Source of the DNA: Hyaloraphidium curvatum SAG 235-1 | Taxonomy: Eukaryota > Fungi > Monoblepharomycota | DNA: 64,000 nt | Assembly: GCA_025558095.1 (NCBI GenBank) | Contig: JAIVFI010000010.1 | Span: 496,001 to 560,000 of the forward strand | Direction: 5' to 3' | Part shown: in pieces, positions 11,165 through 22,267 of the stretch | Position numbering within the stretch: the first letter of the stretch is position 1 | How the letters are laid out: every line of letters begins with the position of its first letter | Translations under genes and position numbers: made by a program | Notes under the pieces: generated by a model | Told to the model about the DNA's origin: nothing | Database searches by the model: none | What the model saw: the letters and a program-made list of their open reading frames with translations, nothing else

Positions 11165-12884
11165 TCAGGCGTCGGGCCCGATGCTGGGCTTCGGAACGTT
11201 TTCGTCGACCACCTTATTCGCATCGGGCCCGACGCTGGGCTTCGGAACGTTCTCCTCGTCGACCGCTTTCGTTCCCTGGCCCCGGAAGTGCATCGGTCCG
11301 TTCGGCCCGCAGTACTGCGGCTTCCACCTTTCCAGCATGAAGATGACGACGAACAGGAGCAAGACCGCACAGGAGAAGGCCGCCATGATCCAGAAAGCGA
11401 TGACGAAAAGGGGCGGATCCACGAAGAGCTGCGGCGCGACGATACCTGCGACGTTTCCGAACAACACCGTGACGGCCGTAACGAGTGCTGTGTAAGTAGT
11501 GCCGTAGACGGTGTCGGTTCTCCAACTCATGTAAATCGGAGACATGGACGACAGGCCCGGATTCAGGATGAAAAGCGCCGCGAGCTTGGCTCCCGTCGCA
11601 TTGGCGGGCAATCCGGCGAGCATCGCGTATCCGACCACGGGAAATATGCCCAGAATCATGAGGTGCCAGAAGCGATCCTTGTACCGGTCCGAGGTGTATG
11701 CGGAAACAACGACGGCGATCATGCCGAACACGCCGAGCGGGGCCTGCATGGCGATTGCCGCCGTCGATTGGAATCCGAGCGAGGCAACCACAGCGGGGGC
11801 GTAGAACGTGATTCCATACACGGCCACGGCGATCAGAAAAGCCACTCCCGAGAAAAGGTACGTCAGCGGGTTCTTGGCGACCTCCCACGCTTCGGACTTG
11901 ACCCAGGCGGCACCATGCGCGTCCGAGCCCGCCTCGCCTCGCAGCCGCCACTCGAGAAGCTGCCGTTCGTCGCGCGAAAGCCAGGCTGTGGTATAGGGGT
12001 AGTCGGGCATCCAAAGCCAAGTTGCAACGCCAACGACGACGCTCATGAGGCCCTCAATGATGAAGAGCCACTGCCAGCCGAAGAGACCGCCCTTGCCGTC
12101 CAGCTGCACGATCCCGGCCCCCAGCAGCCCGCCAATGGCAAAGGTGAAGGAGCCGGCGAGGTAGAATGCGCCGATCCTTTTACCACGCTCGGTCCGCCGG
12201 TACCAGAACGTCAGGTAATAGAGCACACCAGGGGACAAGCCAGCCTGCGCATTGCCGTCGTGTCAGTAAACAGACAGCAAAGGAGACTGCAGGTGGACTA
12301 CCTACCTGAGCCACACCGAGGAAGAACCGAGCCGCAAGGAGGCTTGGGTAAGAAGTTGCCGCCGCCATGGCCGCCGCAATGACCCCCCACGCAACGGTCA
12401 TGAGGGCAATCCACCTTGAAGGCGAGAGCATCTTGAGGAAGACGTTGGTCGGAAGCTCGAAGACGATAAAGCCCCAGAAAAAGATGGACGAAATCCACGA
12501 GAACTGCGCAGCATCCAAGCCGATCGTCTGAATCATCGAGTGCCCGACCTCCTTGTTGGACACAGCGGCAGCAGAGACGTTCGTGCGGGTAAGGAAGCTG
12601 ACGAAGAAGAGGCAGAAGACGAGGGGGACAATTCTGGCGTCGACCCGCTGCAGGACAGCCCGCTCGGCAGCCTCGCGCTCGGCCGGAGACAGCTTTGCGA
12701 AGGCAGACGGCCGGAGCGTCCGCCCGAACTCGTCGCGAGCGAGGTCGTCGGCCACCTTGGGCGAACCAAAGAGCCGCGACAGCAGGGACGGCGGAGCCTC
12801 GTTGGCGCTGAGCGGTGTGACAGCAGCTCCGGTGCTCATGGTCGCCTCGGGAGCGGAAACCGCGTTCGATTCAGCCTTGTCCAT
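11165..12884 (-). CDS. MFS transporter, anion:cation symporter (Tna1/Dal5-like) family
   Basis: VDARIVP, SIFFWGFIVFELPTN, ARFFLGVA, PGVLYYLTFWY, GWQWLFIIEG, PDYP..WLS..ER; one intron near 12250-12306; start could lie further upstream. Confidence 0.9.
11168..11270 (-). repeat. Two-copy ~51-bp tandem duplication in the MFS C-terminus
   Basis: Encodes DEENVPKPSVGPDA / VDENVPKPSIGPDA. Confidence 0.85.
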
Positions 12885-13049
12885 GTCTCGTAGAAGCTCG
12901 ATGTGAGATGTGATTGGAGGTGATTCGTTGTTCGAGTCAGTGCAGGTCGGGACCCAAGGACTCGGGCTGGAAGCGACGTCATCTAAATCCAAATGTCTTG
13001 CAGCCCAACACTGATGAAGATTGAAATGGTATAACGATACATCGGAACG

Positions 13050-16000
13050 TCATCCGCTTCTCCCCATCCGGCTTGACAGCACGTTGTAGCGCATTTCGTC
13101 GAGCTTTGCGTGCACCTGGTTGGCGACTTCAATCACGTCCGCAGGGAGGCCAGCAATCCGAGCCACGTTTATCCCGTGACTGTGCTTCACGATGCCAGGT
13201 ACGACACGGTAGTCAAACAGGTACGTTCCGTCCGATCTTTCGTGGAGGGCGGTCCGGAAGCACGCCAGCTTTGGCAAAGACGACGCTCGCCCTGACTCGG
13301 CGGTCTCGAAAACGAGCTCGGCCAGCTCGTGAAGATGGGTGGCGAATAGGGTGTTGCAGCGCGAGTGCTGGAAGCAAAAGGTCAGCAAAGGCGGTCGCCA
13401 AACAGCAAGGACCGGAAACAAACATCGTGCAGGTACTGAATGACTGCGTACGCTAGGCTGATGCCGTCCTTCGTGGACGTTCCGCGGCCCAGCTCATCAA
13501 TGACCGCAAGCGAGCGCTCCGTTGCGTGGTGCAGGATCTCCGCCGCTTCAACCATCTCCACCTGAAGAAACCATCTTGTTCAAGACTGCCAGTGGCAAAT
13601 TGGAGACTCACCATAAAAGTGCTCTGGTTGCTCGCCAAATCGTCCGATGCTCCGATGCGAGTGAAGACACGGTCCACGATGCACAAGTGCGCTGACTGGG
13701 GAGATGTCAGGGACAAGATAACGGCAGCGCAAGTCGGCGCCGTGCTGCACACCTTTGCCGGAACGAAAGATCCGACCTGTGCCAAGATCTGAATGATCGC
13801 GCACTGGCGCAGAAACGTCGATTTGCCGCCCATGTTGGGACCCGTTAGGAACAAGATCTTGGTGGAATCGTCCAGGGAACACGAGTTCGGAACAAAGGTG
13901 CCCTGATTGCGTTCTAACATGGCCGCTTCAACCACCGGGTGACGGCCCTCGCTGATGGCAATAGACGTTCCATGGCGGTCGATTGTGGGGCGGACATATC
14001 CGAAACGCTTTGCCACCTTTGCCAAGCCCCATGCAACGTCCAAATGAGCCAAAGCTGAGCATGATTCGATGATCCTGGAGCCTCGTCGGATGACCTGTTC
14101 GAAAAATTGACGCACGGTGTTGCACCCGACAGCGATCTCCAGCACCGTACCTCGTCGAAAGCTTCAATCATGATCTGCTTCTCGAGCCCGAAACACCGCA
14201 TTTCCAACCGACTAATGTCTCCGTGCAGAGCCGTCCACTCCTTGATCGCAAATTCCCCATCCGCTCGTGACCGTTTCGCCGACGGAAAGGCAGACTGGAA
14301 CTTGGGGGCTTTCTGCTTCCGCACAAACACGAACGGTCCCGCACGCAAGCTGTAGTCTAGCTGCACGTCGCCCCGTCCGAGGCCGGCCATAAGTTCAAGA
14401 GAAACGGTAAGCTTGTCCCTTTCGCTGTAAAGGTCGGCAAGCACGGCACGCTCGTCATCAAGGCTTTTGCTGATACCTGGTGCAACCATTCCAAGCTCAA
14501 ACTTCCGCGGGAGATTGCGCAGAAACGAGCGATCGTCAGACGCATCGCTCGCGCCGTCTTCCGTCCCGAGAGAATCATCGCGTGCAACAAGCGGTTGCAG
14601 CCTCTCGACGAGATCGCTAAAGTCGTGCAGTTTCGACACGAGGTCCGGGCGCACGGCGACGAACTCGGCCGTTCCGAGGAGCTTGTTCCGCAGGCTCGTC
14701 AGCTCCCGCAGCGTCAGCGCAATGACAGCCATATCGTACGGGCCCCCGCGTTCCATCGAGATCCGCCCGAGCGTACGCTCGACGTCCGAGGTCGACCTCA
14801 ACCGATCGGCCACGTAGTTGACCAGCGGATCATTGGCCCGAAGGAAAAACTCGACAAGATCCAATTTCCTCTCAATCTCATCTGCATCCGTCGATGGGCT
14901 TCGAATCTGGGAACGAAGCAACCTTGCTCCGGGTGCAGTCAAAGTTTCATCGAGCACCGAGACGAGGCTCCACGCTTTAGAGCGAGACCCGCTGTCCGAC
15001 TTCAAGGGTTGCAGAAGCTCCAATGATCGGACCGTTGAAGGGTCGAGGCGCATGCATTTGGCGGGGTTGAACTCGTCGATCCCGTGAATCGCCAAGTGCC
15101 GCCCGCCCTGCGCTTCCGCAACGTAGCCGAGGAGGGCTCCGCAAGCCTGAATCTGCAAAGCGTCAAGTTTTTCGATGGATAGATCGGCCTCGGGCCCGAG
15201 ATGCTTTGCCACGAGCTCTTTCGCGTCGTTCAGGCCGAATGCGGAAGCTGGCCGTGCAGTGACAAAGTCCTTTCCTTCGCCCAGCAACCCACACTTCTGC
15301 AACGCGAGTCGTAGTGCCCGCCATTCACGATTCGATTGGTCTGCGAAGGAGTTCGGAACTAGGACTTCGCTTGGCTGCAAGCGAGCAATGTCAAGAGTAA
15401 TGGTCTTCTCGGTCGCTTTGCCGACGGTGAATTGACCAGTCGAGACGTCAATCCAGGCTAGCCCGTACGTTGATCGCAAGGGGCTAGAGCTGGCGGAGAT
15501 CGCTAGCAGGTAATTGCTTTGCTTGGGGTCTAGGAACGCCTCGTCCATCACGACACCGGGAGAGATGGCCTCCGTCAGAGTGCGAGTTATCGTCGCTCTG
15601 GAAGCCGTTGGCGGGGAAAGCGCAGGCGTTTCGGCAACATCTGGACCTTCTGTCGTTTCAGAAGCCTGCGTCACTTGGTCGTACACAGCGACCCTCAGTC
15701 CTGCTTCCAGCAGCTTCCGAATGTTCGCATCACGTGACGCCAGAGGAAAACCGGCCATGCGAGCGGTCTTCGTCTTTCCTTCTCCTTCCTTGGTCGTGAT
15801 CCTGAGGCCCAAGATGGAGCTCGCCTCGTCCAGCATAAGATCGTGCGCGTGCCGCGACTGATCCTGCTTGTCCTTCGGCCGCGAGTATATCTCATAGAAG
15901 TCACCTATCTGGAAGAGAATGACGGAATCCGGATGACGGTCTTGAACGGCAATGAGCTGCTCGAAAATGCTCGGAGCTTTGGCCGGTCCGGCACCGCGAG

Positions 16001-16214
16001 CTCTCCGTCGTTTCGTGGGCAGGGCCTCAGCTGCTCCGTCGGTCGCAAGGCATCGCAAAGACAGCGAGAACGGGCTCCGTTGAGCCAGACAGTCCAGACA
16101 AGACGTCCCAGGAGTCCGAATGGGGCGAAACCACGAAACAGTCATTGAACGCGTCGGTGGCCCAGCAACGCGTCGCAAGGCCCGCATGGCTGTCCAAGGC
16201 AGTAAATTCGCCAT
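13050..16214 (-). CDS. MSH1: Mitochondrial MutS homolog (multi-exon)
   Basis: Arg-rich presequence-like N-terminus; [46 protein letters not shown] motifs. Confidence 0.88.
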
Positions 16215-16810
16215 AGACACGCGACTATAGTCCAACGCAGGCCAGGGGACGGTGCTGCCGGGCGCAACTGGTGTTTTCCCAAACTCCGCCCGCGCGGCCT
16301 GAGGCCGCCAAACGGGCCAACTCCCCTTCAGAACCGTCCCGCCGAAAGAGGCTCAATCGCCCTGGTCACACTGTGAGAGTTGCAATTCGTCGAACCAGCA
16401 AGTGTTCCTTGCGCTCGAGAATGAAAGCTGGCGCCGCGGAAGGGCCGATAAAGCAAGCTGTTATCTGACGCGTGCTCCAGTTTATGAGGAAAACATACTA
16501 GACATCTACAGCACGTCGCGAGAGTCCAATCATTGGCCTCAGAGACAAACAGCCCAACCCGCCCCGAATCGACGAAGCATTCGCACTGTCTCCCAGGGCG
16601 GCGGGGCGACGGTTCCGGGGGTTCGAACGGGTGCCGAAAAGGGCGAATGCAAATCCGCAAACCCCCGGAGGCGGCAGCCCGGGCAGCGAGCTAGCTGTGG
16701 AGAGTACTCGATTCGCCGCATCGCGATGAGCTAGGGTAGAGCTGGTTAGGAAGTACATAAGCCGGCGGCATCCGAATCTGAGACTTGCGCAATTTTGGAC
16801 CTCAATCAAC

Positions 16811-18354
16811 GGCACCCTCCCCCGCCCCCGCGCCGCGCCGCCCCGGACCGGCGTGCCCTCCGGCTGTTGCCCGTGCACGGGCGGACACGTGCGCGGCGGG
16901 GCGCCCGCGGGGCGGCGCTGGCGGCGGCGCACGGCCCATTGTTTGGGAGGGCGTCGGGAGGGGGGGTGCCGTCCACGCGTGGGGACGCACGGCAAGGCAG
17001 GTGCGCATGCATCGACGCAGAGATATGGCGCTAATATTGCGTTCCTTTCAGGCCGATCGGACGCCAGGGCGGCAGGGCGACAGGACCGGGTAGGGGGGTG
17101 GTCCGCGGAGGATCCCTGCGGCTTCGGCCCCAGCAGCGTCGCCCGGTGATCCGCCCCGCCGCAAGGCGCGGGCGGCAGTGGGGACGCGAGCTGCCCCGGG
17201 CCCAACAGCAAGGCGGACAAGGTCGGCTCCCGCAGCAACGTCAACTCAAGCTCGAGGCACAAGGCGGCCAGCTTGCCGCATCCTAACCACCACCCGCCTC
17301 GCAGCGCAGCGCACCGCATCCGCATCCGTCGACGAGGCGGCAAGGCATCCAGCAATCCAGCATCTCCAAGTGTCGGATGTGGGGTCGGCTTCGGCCGGCG
17401 GGCTCTGCCCGGCACCCTCCACCACGCGTCCGGCGCGGCGTCGTGGGGACGGTGCAGCCCGAGACCGGCTCCGAGGCAAGCGGCAAGGCGGCAAGGCCAA
17501 GTGTCGGATGTGGAGTCGGCTTCGGCCGATGGGCTCAGCCCCGACTGTCTGCACCGCGCCGGCGAGCGGCGGGCAATCAGTCGTCCGAGACCGGCTCCAA
17601 GCGACACCTTCAGCCTCAAGCACAAGGCGGCCAGCTGGCCGCACCCTAAGTCCCTTAAGTCCCGCCCTCCCGCGCAGCGCAGTGCATCCGTCGACGAGGC
17701 GGCAAGGCATCCAGCAATCCAGCATCTCCAAGTGTCGGATGTGGGGTCGGCTTCGGCCGGCGGGCTCTGCCCGGCACCCTCCACCACGCGTCCGGCGCGG
17801 CGTCGTGGGGACGGTGCAGCCCGAGACCGGCTCCGAGGCAAGCGGCAAGGCGGCAAGGCCAAGTGTCGGATGTGGAGTCGGCTTCGGCCGATGGGCTCAG
17901 CCCCGACTGTCTGCACCGCGCCGGCGAGCGGCGGGCAATCAGTCGTCCGAGACCGGCTCCAAGCGACACCTTCGGCCTTCAAGCACAAGGCGGCCAGCTG
18001 GCCGCATCCCAACTCCCGTTCTTCCCACAGCGCAGCGCACCGTACAAGCTCGGCTGCTCGACAGAGTCGGCAAGGCGGCAGGACCGGGTAGGGGGGTCCG
18101 CGGAGGATCCCTGCGGCTTCGGCCCCAGCGCGTACGCCCGCTCGACCCTCCTCACGTGCGACGAGGAGGCACCGGGGTGCGCAGCTGCTCCGGACCCGCG
18201 AAGAACGCGGCCTTTCTGGCAGGCACGCGCAAGAATGGGTAAGGGGGCGGTCCGCGAAGGACCTATGCGGCTTCGGCCCCAGCGCGCACGCCCGCTCGAC
18301 CCTCCTGCCTTTCGGCTAGGAGGCACCAGGGTGCGCAGCTGCCCTGGGCCCACC
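16811..18354 (+). ncRNA. Putative modular structured RNA / hairpin array (right copy)
   Basis: Order: leader domain, A1, C, B1, B2, C, B1', B2', C, A2, A3. Compensatory stem changes between modules, cUUCGg and GCAA loops, and G-U pairs on this strand. Confidence 0.5.
17257..18006 (+). repeat. ~362-bp tandem duplication inside the array
   Basis: ccaagtgtcggatgtgg at 17366, 17497, 17728 and 17859; the left arm has only one unit. Confidence 0.9.
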
Positions 18355-18624
18355 GGCAAGATCATCTCCTCATGTAGATAAGAACAATAGAATTAAGCAC
18401 TACTTCAGAATCTATGCGATGTCCGCTTTACCAACGTCGTGTTGCACGAGTCTGGGTTGTCGAGGCTGTATTATCAATGGATACGAAGGAGCGGCGTTCC
18501 CAGACGATCTCCGAAGTGCATGGAAAGTCCGGCGTGATCGCGGCAGAGGCCCGTCATCATTCGCGGAGCTGCTTTCGCAGCTGTCAAAGCGCTGCTCGGC
18601 GAAGTCACTGCATCGCCGGCACAA

Positions 18625-20066
18625 ATGGGATCGCGCCTGACTGAAGCGGAGGCGCGCGCGATACCGCCGCTGCTCGAGCTGCCGCCCGAGGTGCTGCGAA
18701 TGGTGCTGGACGAGCTGCCGCGCCGCGACGCCGCGGTGCTGCTGCGCGTGCACTCTGCACTGCTCGCGGCAGCCTGGCCGGCCGTGTGGGCGCACGTGGA
18801 CGCGACCGACCGGGCGGGGCGCGGAACGCTGCGTGGCGTGGTGCGGACGCTGCGGCGCGCGGGAAGCACGGCGGACCGGATGCGCCCGTACCGCGCGGCG
18901 CCGTGTCCTCCGTCACATACCGCGGCGGCCACGTCACGGATCTTGCGCCATTGCTGGAGTTTTGCGGCACACATCTGCGAATGCTGGACGTGGGAGACTG
19001 CGAGCTGGGACGCGTCGCGCTGGGCACGGTCTTGGCCCTCGTGCGGCCCGATCTCGACGAGCTTGCGATGCCGCTGTCGCCCGCACGTGCTGCAGCCGGG
19101 GTCGAGCCGGATGCCGGGGAAGTCGGCGTTGCGTTGACGCGTTTCCGGAGCCTGCGGCGCCTCAACGTCGCCGGGCGGATGCTGTCTGCCCTCGAGATGG
19201 CCGCCGTGCGGGCACTGCCGCTGCAGTCGCTGACTACGAGCGAAGAATCGTGGATTTCTGAGAATGCTTGCGTCGCTGCACGTTCGTTGGTGGGGCTGGA
19301 CTCGCTCTCGACCGTCCGCTTCGCGTCTTGTTACGATGTCGGCATCGTCGGCCTGCTGCCGGCCGCCCTGGTCAGCCTGGAGCTCATTGTGCCCATCGAT
19401 GCCGACCGCATGGAGGGGCTCTGCACGCTGTTGCGACAGGTTGCCGAGCTGCCGGCTCTTGAAGCTATGATCCTGGGCGATTCTCTGAAGAACGGGCTCT
19501 TCCAGCCCGGCAAGCTCTTCTTTGGGCAGATTGGCAACCTGCTGGAGAAGGAGCGGCGAGGAACGCACGACACACGGCCGCTCAGACACCTGGAACTGCG
19601 CCTGCGACTGCCGGACGGCTACGCCAAAATGCTCTTCGAAATCGCCTTTGCCGGTGCCGCGCGCTCGGGCCCGCTTTCCCTCGAGGTGCTGGTGCTCGTT
19701 GCGGACGGCTGCGTGTTCCAAGACCAAGCGTACGCCGCCCTCAAGGCCCTGCCTGCCGGTGCAGTGCCGCATCTCCGCTGGCTCGAGATCCGTTCGCGCG
19801 GGTTCAAGATGGAGTGGCTGCAGGGTATCATCGAGGCCATGCCGAAGCTGTCCCGCTTCCTCTGCATCGATCCCGCCGTGACGACGAAGGCAAAGGACAG
19901 GCTGATCCGCGCAAAGAAGGAGCTCGACCGCCGCGGCATCCGCTACGACATCGATACCAACCTCGGAACGGGGCGATTCGAAGCCTCGGCGCGGCAAGGC
20001 CTGCGCGTTTTGGCTGGCGATCACTCGGTCCGCGTGCGGCTTGTGGAAACCGGAAGCCGCCGGTGA
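18625..20066 (+). CDS. F-box-like/LRR-like protein (~480 aa) with a single frameshift near 18855
   Basis: F-box-like N-terminus in ORF 18625; LRR-like body (LRMLDVGDC, FRSLRRLNV, LRHLELRL, LRWLEIRS) in ORF 18786..20066. One extra base would join them, so this is either a pseudogene or an assembly indel. Confidence 0.7.
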
Positions 20067-21206
20067 TTGGAGGACGGAGGCGGTCTGAGGTGCGAGGCTT
20101 GCATTACAGCACGCTGTTGCCTCCGCAACTTTCGCCGACCGGACACAACAGAGCGACGGGCCAGACACCCATTCGTGCCAACGAGGCTGTGTTCGATTGG
20201 TGATGGCTGTTTCAGGATGCGTCAGTTCGAGAGCTAAGTTCGAGAGCTCAGTTGGAGAGTCTGTTGCTCACCTCCGAATTCTGGTCTCTTCTCCCCGCGT
20301 GGCAGGAATACATTTCTCAACCATTGCTTCTCTTATCCGCCTCGAAAATGCCTTTCGTACCCAGGATCTTCCACCGTGTCCGGCAACCGCCCACCACCTC
20401 CACCCGGGGATCGAACGTCCGACCACCAAAGGATTTCCTGCAAGTCTAGACAAATGCCTCCTCGAATTGGGGATCGCTCCAGCATTAGAATGTGTGCTGT
20501 GCGGAAGCGAGCGGTGGTGCTGGAAGCTCCAGTCCGTCGGCTGCCTTCGCGCTTCGGGCCACCGGCATCATTTCCGTGTCGCGTCGCCGAAACGATGGCT
20601 CACGACTTTTGGGGCTCTGGAGCTTCAAGTTCTGTTGTGCAGCGCGAGGTAGTGACGCGGCAGTGGATGTGCGACCGGGACAGGGATCAGCGACCGTGCG
20701 CGGACTTCGCTCGAGTGCTGAGCCGCAATTGGCGGTCATGGAGCAGTCTCCCCTTCCGCACCGTCGCGCTCTTCCCCGCGTGGAGGTGCAAACGGCACAA
20801 TCGGCGCTGGCGACCATGAAGGACTGCACTGAGCTGTCCCGCGCTCCATTTGCGGGAATCCCGTCTGCCTTGGGTCGGGAACCGTTCTATTGTGTCCGAT
20901 TCGGGTTTTATTGGCTTCTTCCGGACGTCTCTTGCCCGGGTTTCGACGATGGGATGAGCACGGAGCGTAGCGCGGTGTGTACGCTCAATCCAGGCCTCTC
21001 TCCCATCACACGCCCCGAATCCCGGTCCAAACACCGGACGCCGGTGCCGCTTGCCGCTCCGGAGCCCCGCCGCGCCCCGCCGTGTTCGCAAGCGGAACCG
21101 CGGAGCCGCATTCTGACTAGGCGCTTTCAGGCACTTCCCGGTTCGTATCGTCGCGGGCGAACCGGGCGCCGGTGGCCATTGTTTGGCACTTCATTTCGAG
21201 ACGACT

Positions 21207-22120
21207 ATGGACCGCCTGAGACAGTCCAGAGGTTCAGTCGCCTCACGATTCGAACCACAGCAGCAGACCGTCAACGTGCAACAGCTCTACGGCGTAGGAC
21301 TTGGTTATCACCCTACAGAGGCTCATTGGGACCGCTGGATAGGCCACATCCGGCAGACCCTGCCCAAGCTTCTCCGGCAAGAAAAAAACTTGCAACAGCA
21401 AAAGCGAGTCCTTGATTACTATGTGCTGTTGGAGACGTTTAAGCGGAAACGTCTTTTGGATGCGATAGCATCTCGCAGTCAGCCCTTTGGCAAAAAAGGC
21501 GCAACGTGGGTGCCACAGCACGACCCAACCACAAGCGCGCACACGCCGACCTTCGAATCGGCTTCGCTGGAAGAAGCACTGTCGGGCCTCATCTGCTGGA
21601 CTGAAGAGTTTTCCGCGGTGCCGAGCGAACCTCTGCACGACTCAGCACAATCTTTCATTGAAATCACCAGATACATGGCGATGATGGACCTGATGCTGAC
21701 TGTCTAACTACAACGAATTGCTCGGCTTTTGGTCTGTCTAACACGACGCTTTCCTCAGCGAAGGTCACGTATCGGATTCAGGTCAAAAGCTTGGCAAAAG
21801 TGTCCCTCTTCCCGACGTCGCAGTACCTCGCCATGATTTCGAAAGCTTATTCTGGCGGAAATGAAGAGCAGCACCTCCTCTGGCAAGCACGTGCCTTGGA
21901 GCTTGGTGGCGATGATGGCAACGGCATCACCACCGACGATTTCCACGAGTATGCGATTTCGGCTGAGAAGAACGTGAACGGACTCTTCGAATCCCCGGGT
22001 ATCCGCACCCTCATCCGCAGCATTGGATTTAGGCCTGCCGTCAGGACGATGCTGCTGGCTCTCATGGACTACGCTGAGGAGATACCACTGCCGCAAGCCA
22101 CCGTGACTGAGCTTGAGTGA
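21207..22120 (+). CDS. Hypothetical protein (probably two exons)
   Basis: Two consecutive ORFs with protein-like composition separated by a ctaac..ttcctcag acceptor at about 21758; donor unresolved; no family recognised. Confidence 0.45.
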
Positions 22121-22267
22121 TGTTCGCCTTTCGTTGCATTTTGGACACGTGGATGACTCGCATGTTGCGCATGGTTGTGTGAGAACGTGGCGGGCGAGAC
22201 TTCGCTAAAGCCCCAGCAAGACATTGTAAGAGACGGCACAAAAGTAGAATCGACTTCTATCGTCCAT

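Larger units (their letters stand above)
16540..21045 (+). repeat. Right arm of the large inverted duplication
   Basis: Reverse complement of 169-4114, plus an extra ~362-bp tandem unit and ~160 bp that is missing from the left arm. Confidence 0.92.

Noticed and set aside
16615-16635. GGTTCGAA tRNA/B-box-like motif
   Set aside because: No cloverleaf, and the motif is not conserved in the left arm.
17257-18354. CRISPR-like array interpretation
   Set aside because: Units are 130-360 bp, there are no unique spacers between identical short repeats, no cas genes, and the context is eukaryotic.
18520-18535. GGAAAGTCC resembling the RNase P/MRP RNA conserved region near POP1
   Set aside because: Not conserved in the left arm (GGAAGTCC) and no partner P4/CR-V motif seen on the same strand.
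169-21045. Single giant TIR transposon carrying five genes
   Set aside because: No transposase, no TSD, ragged diverged ends, and the cargo is ordinary housekeeping genes.
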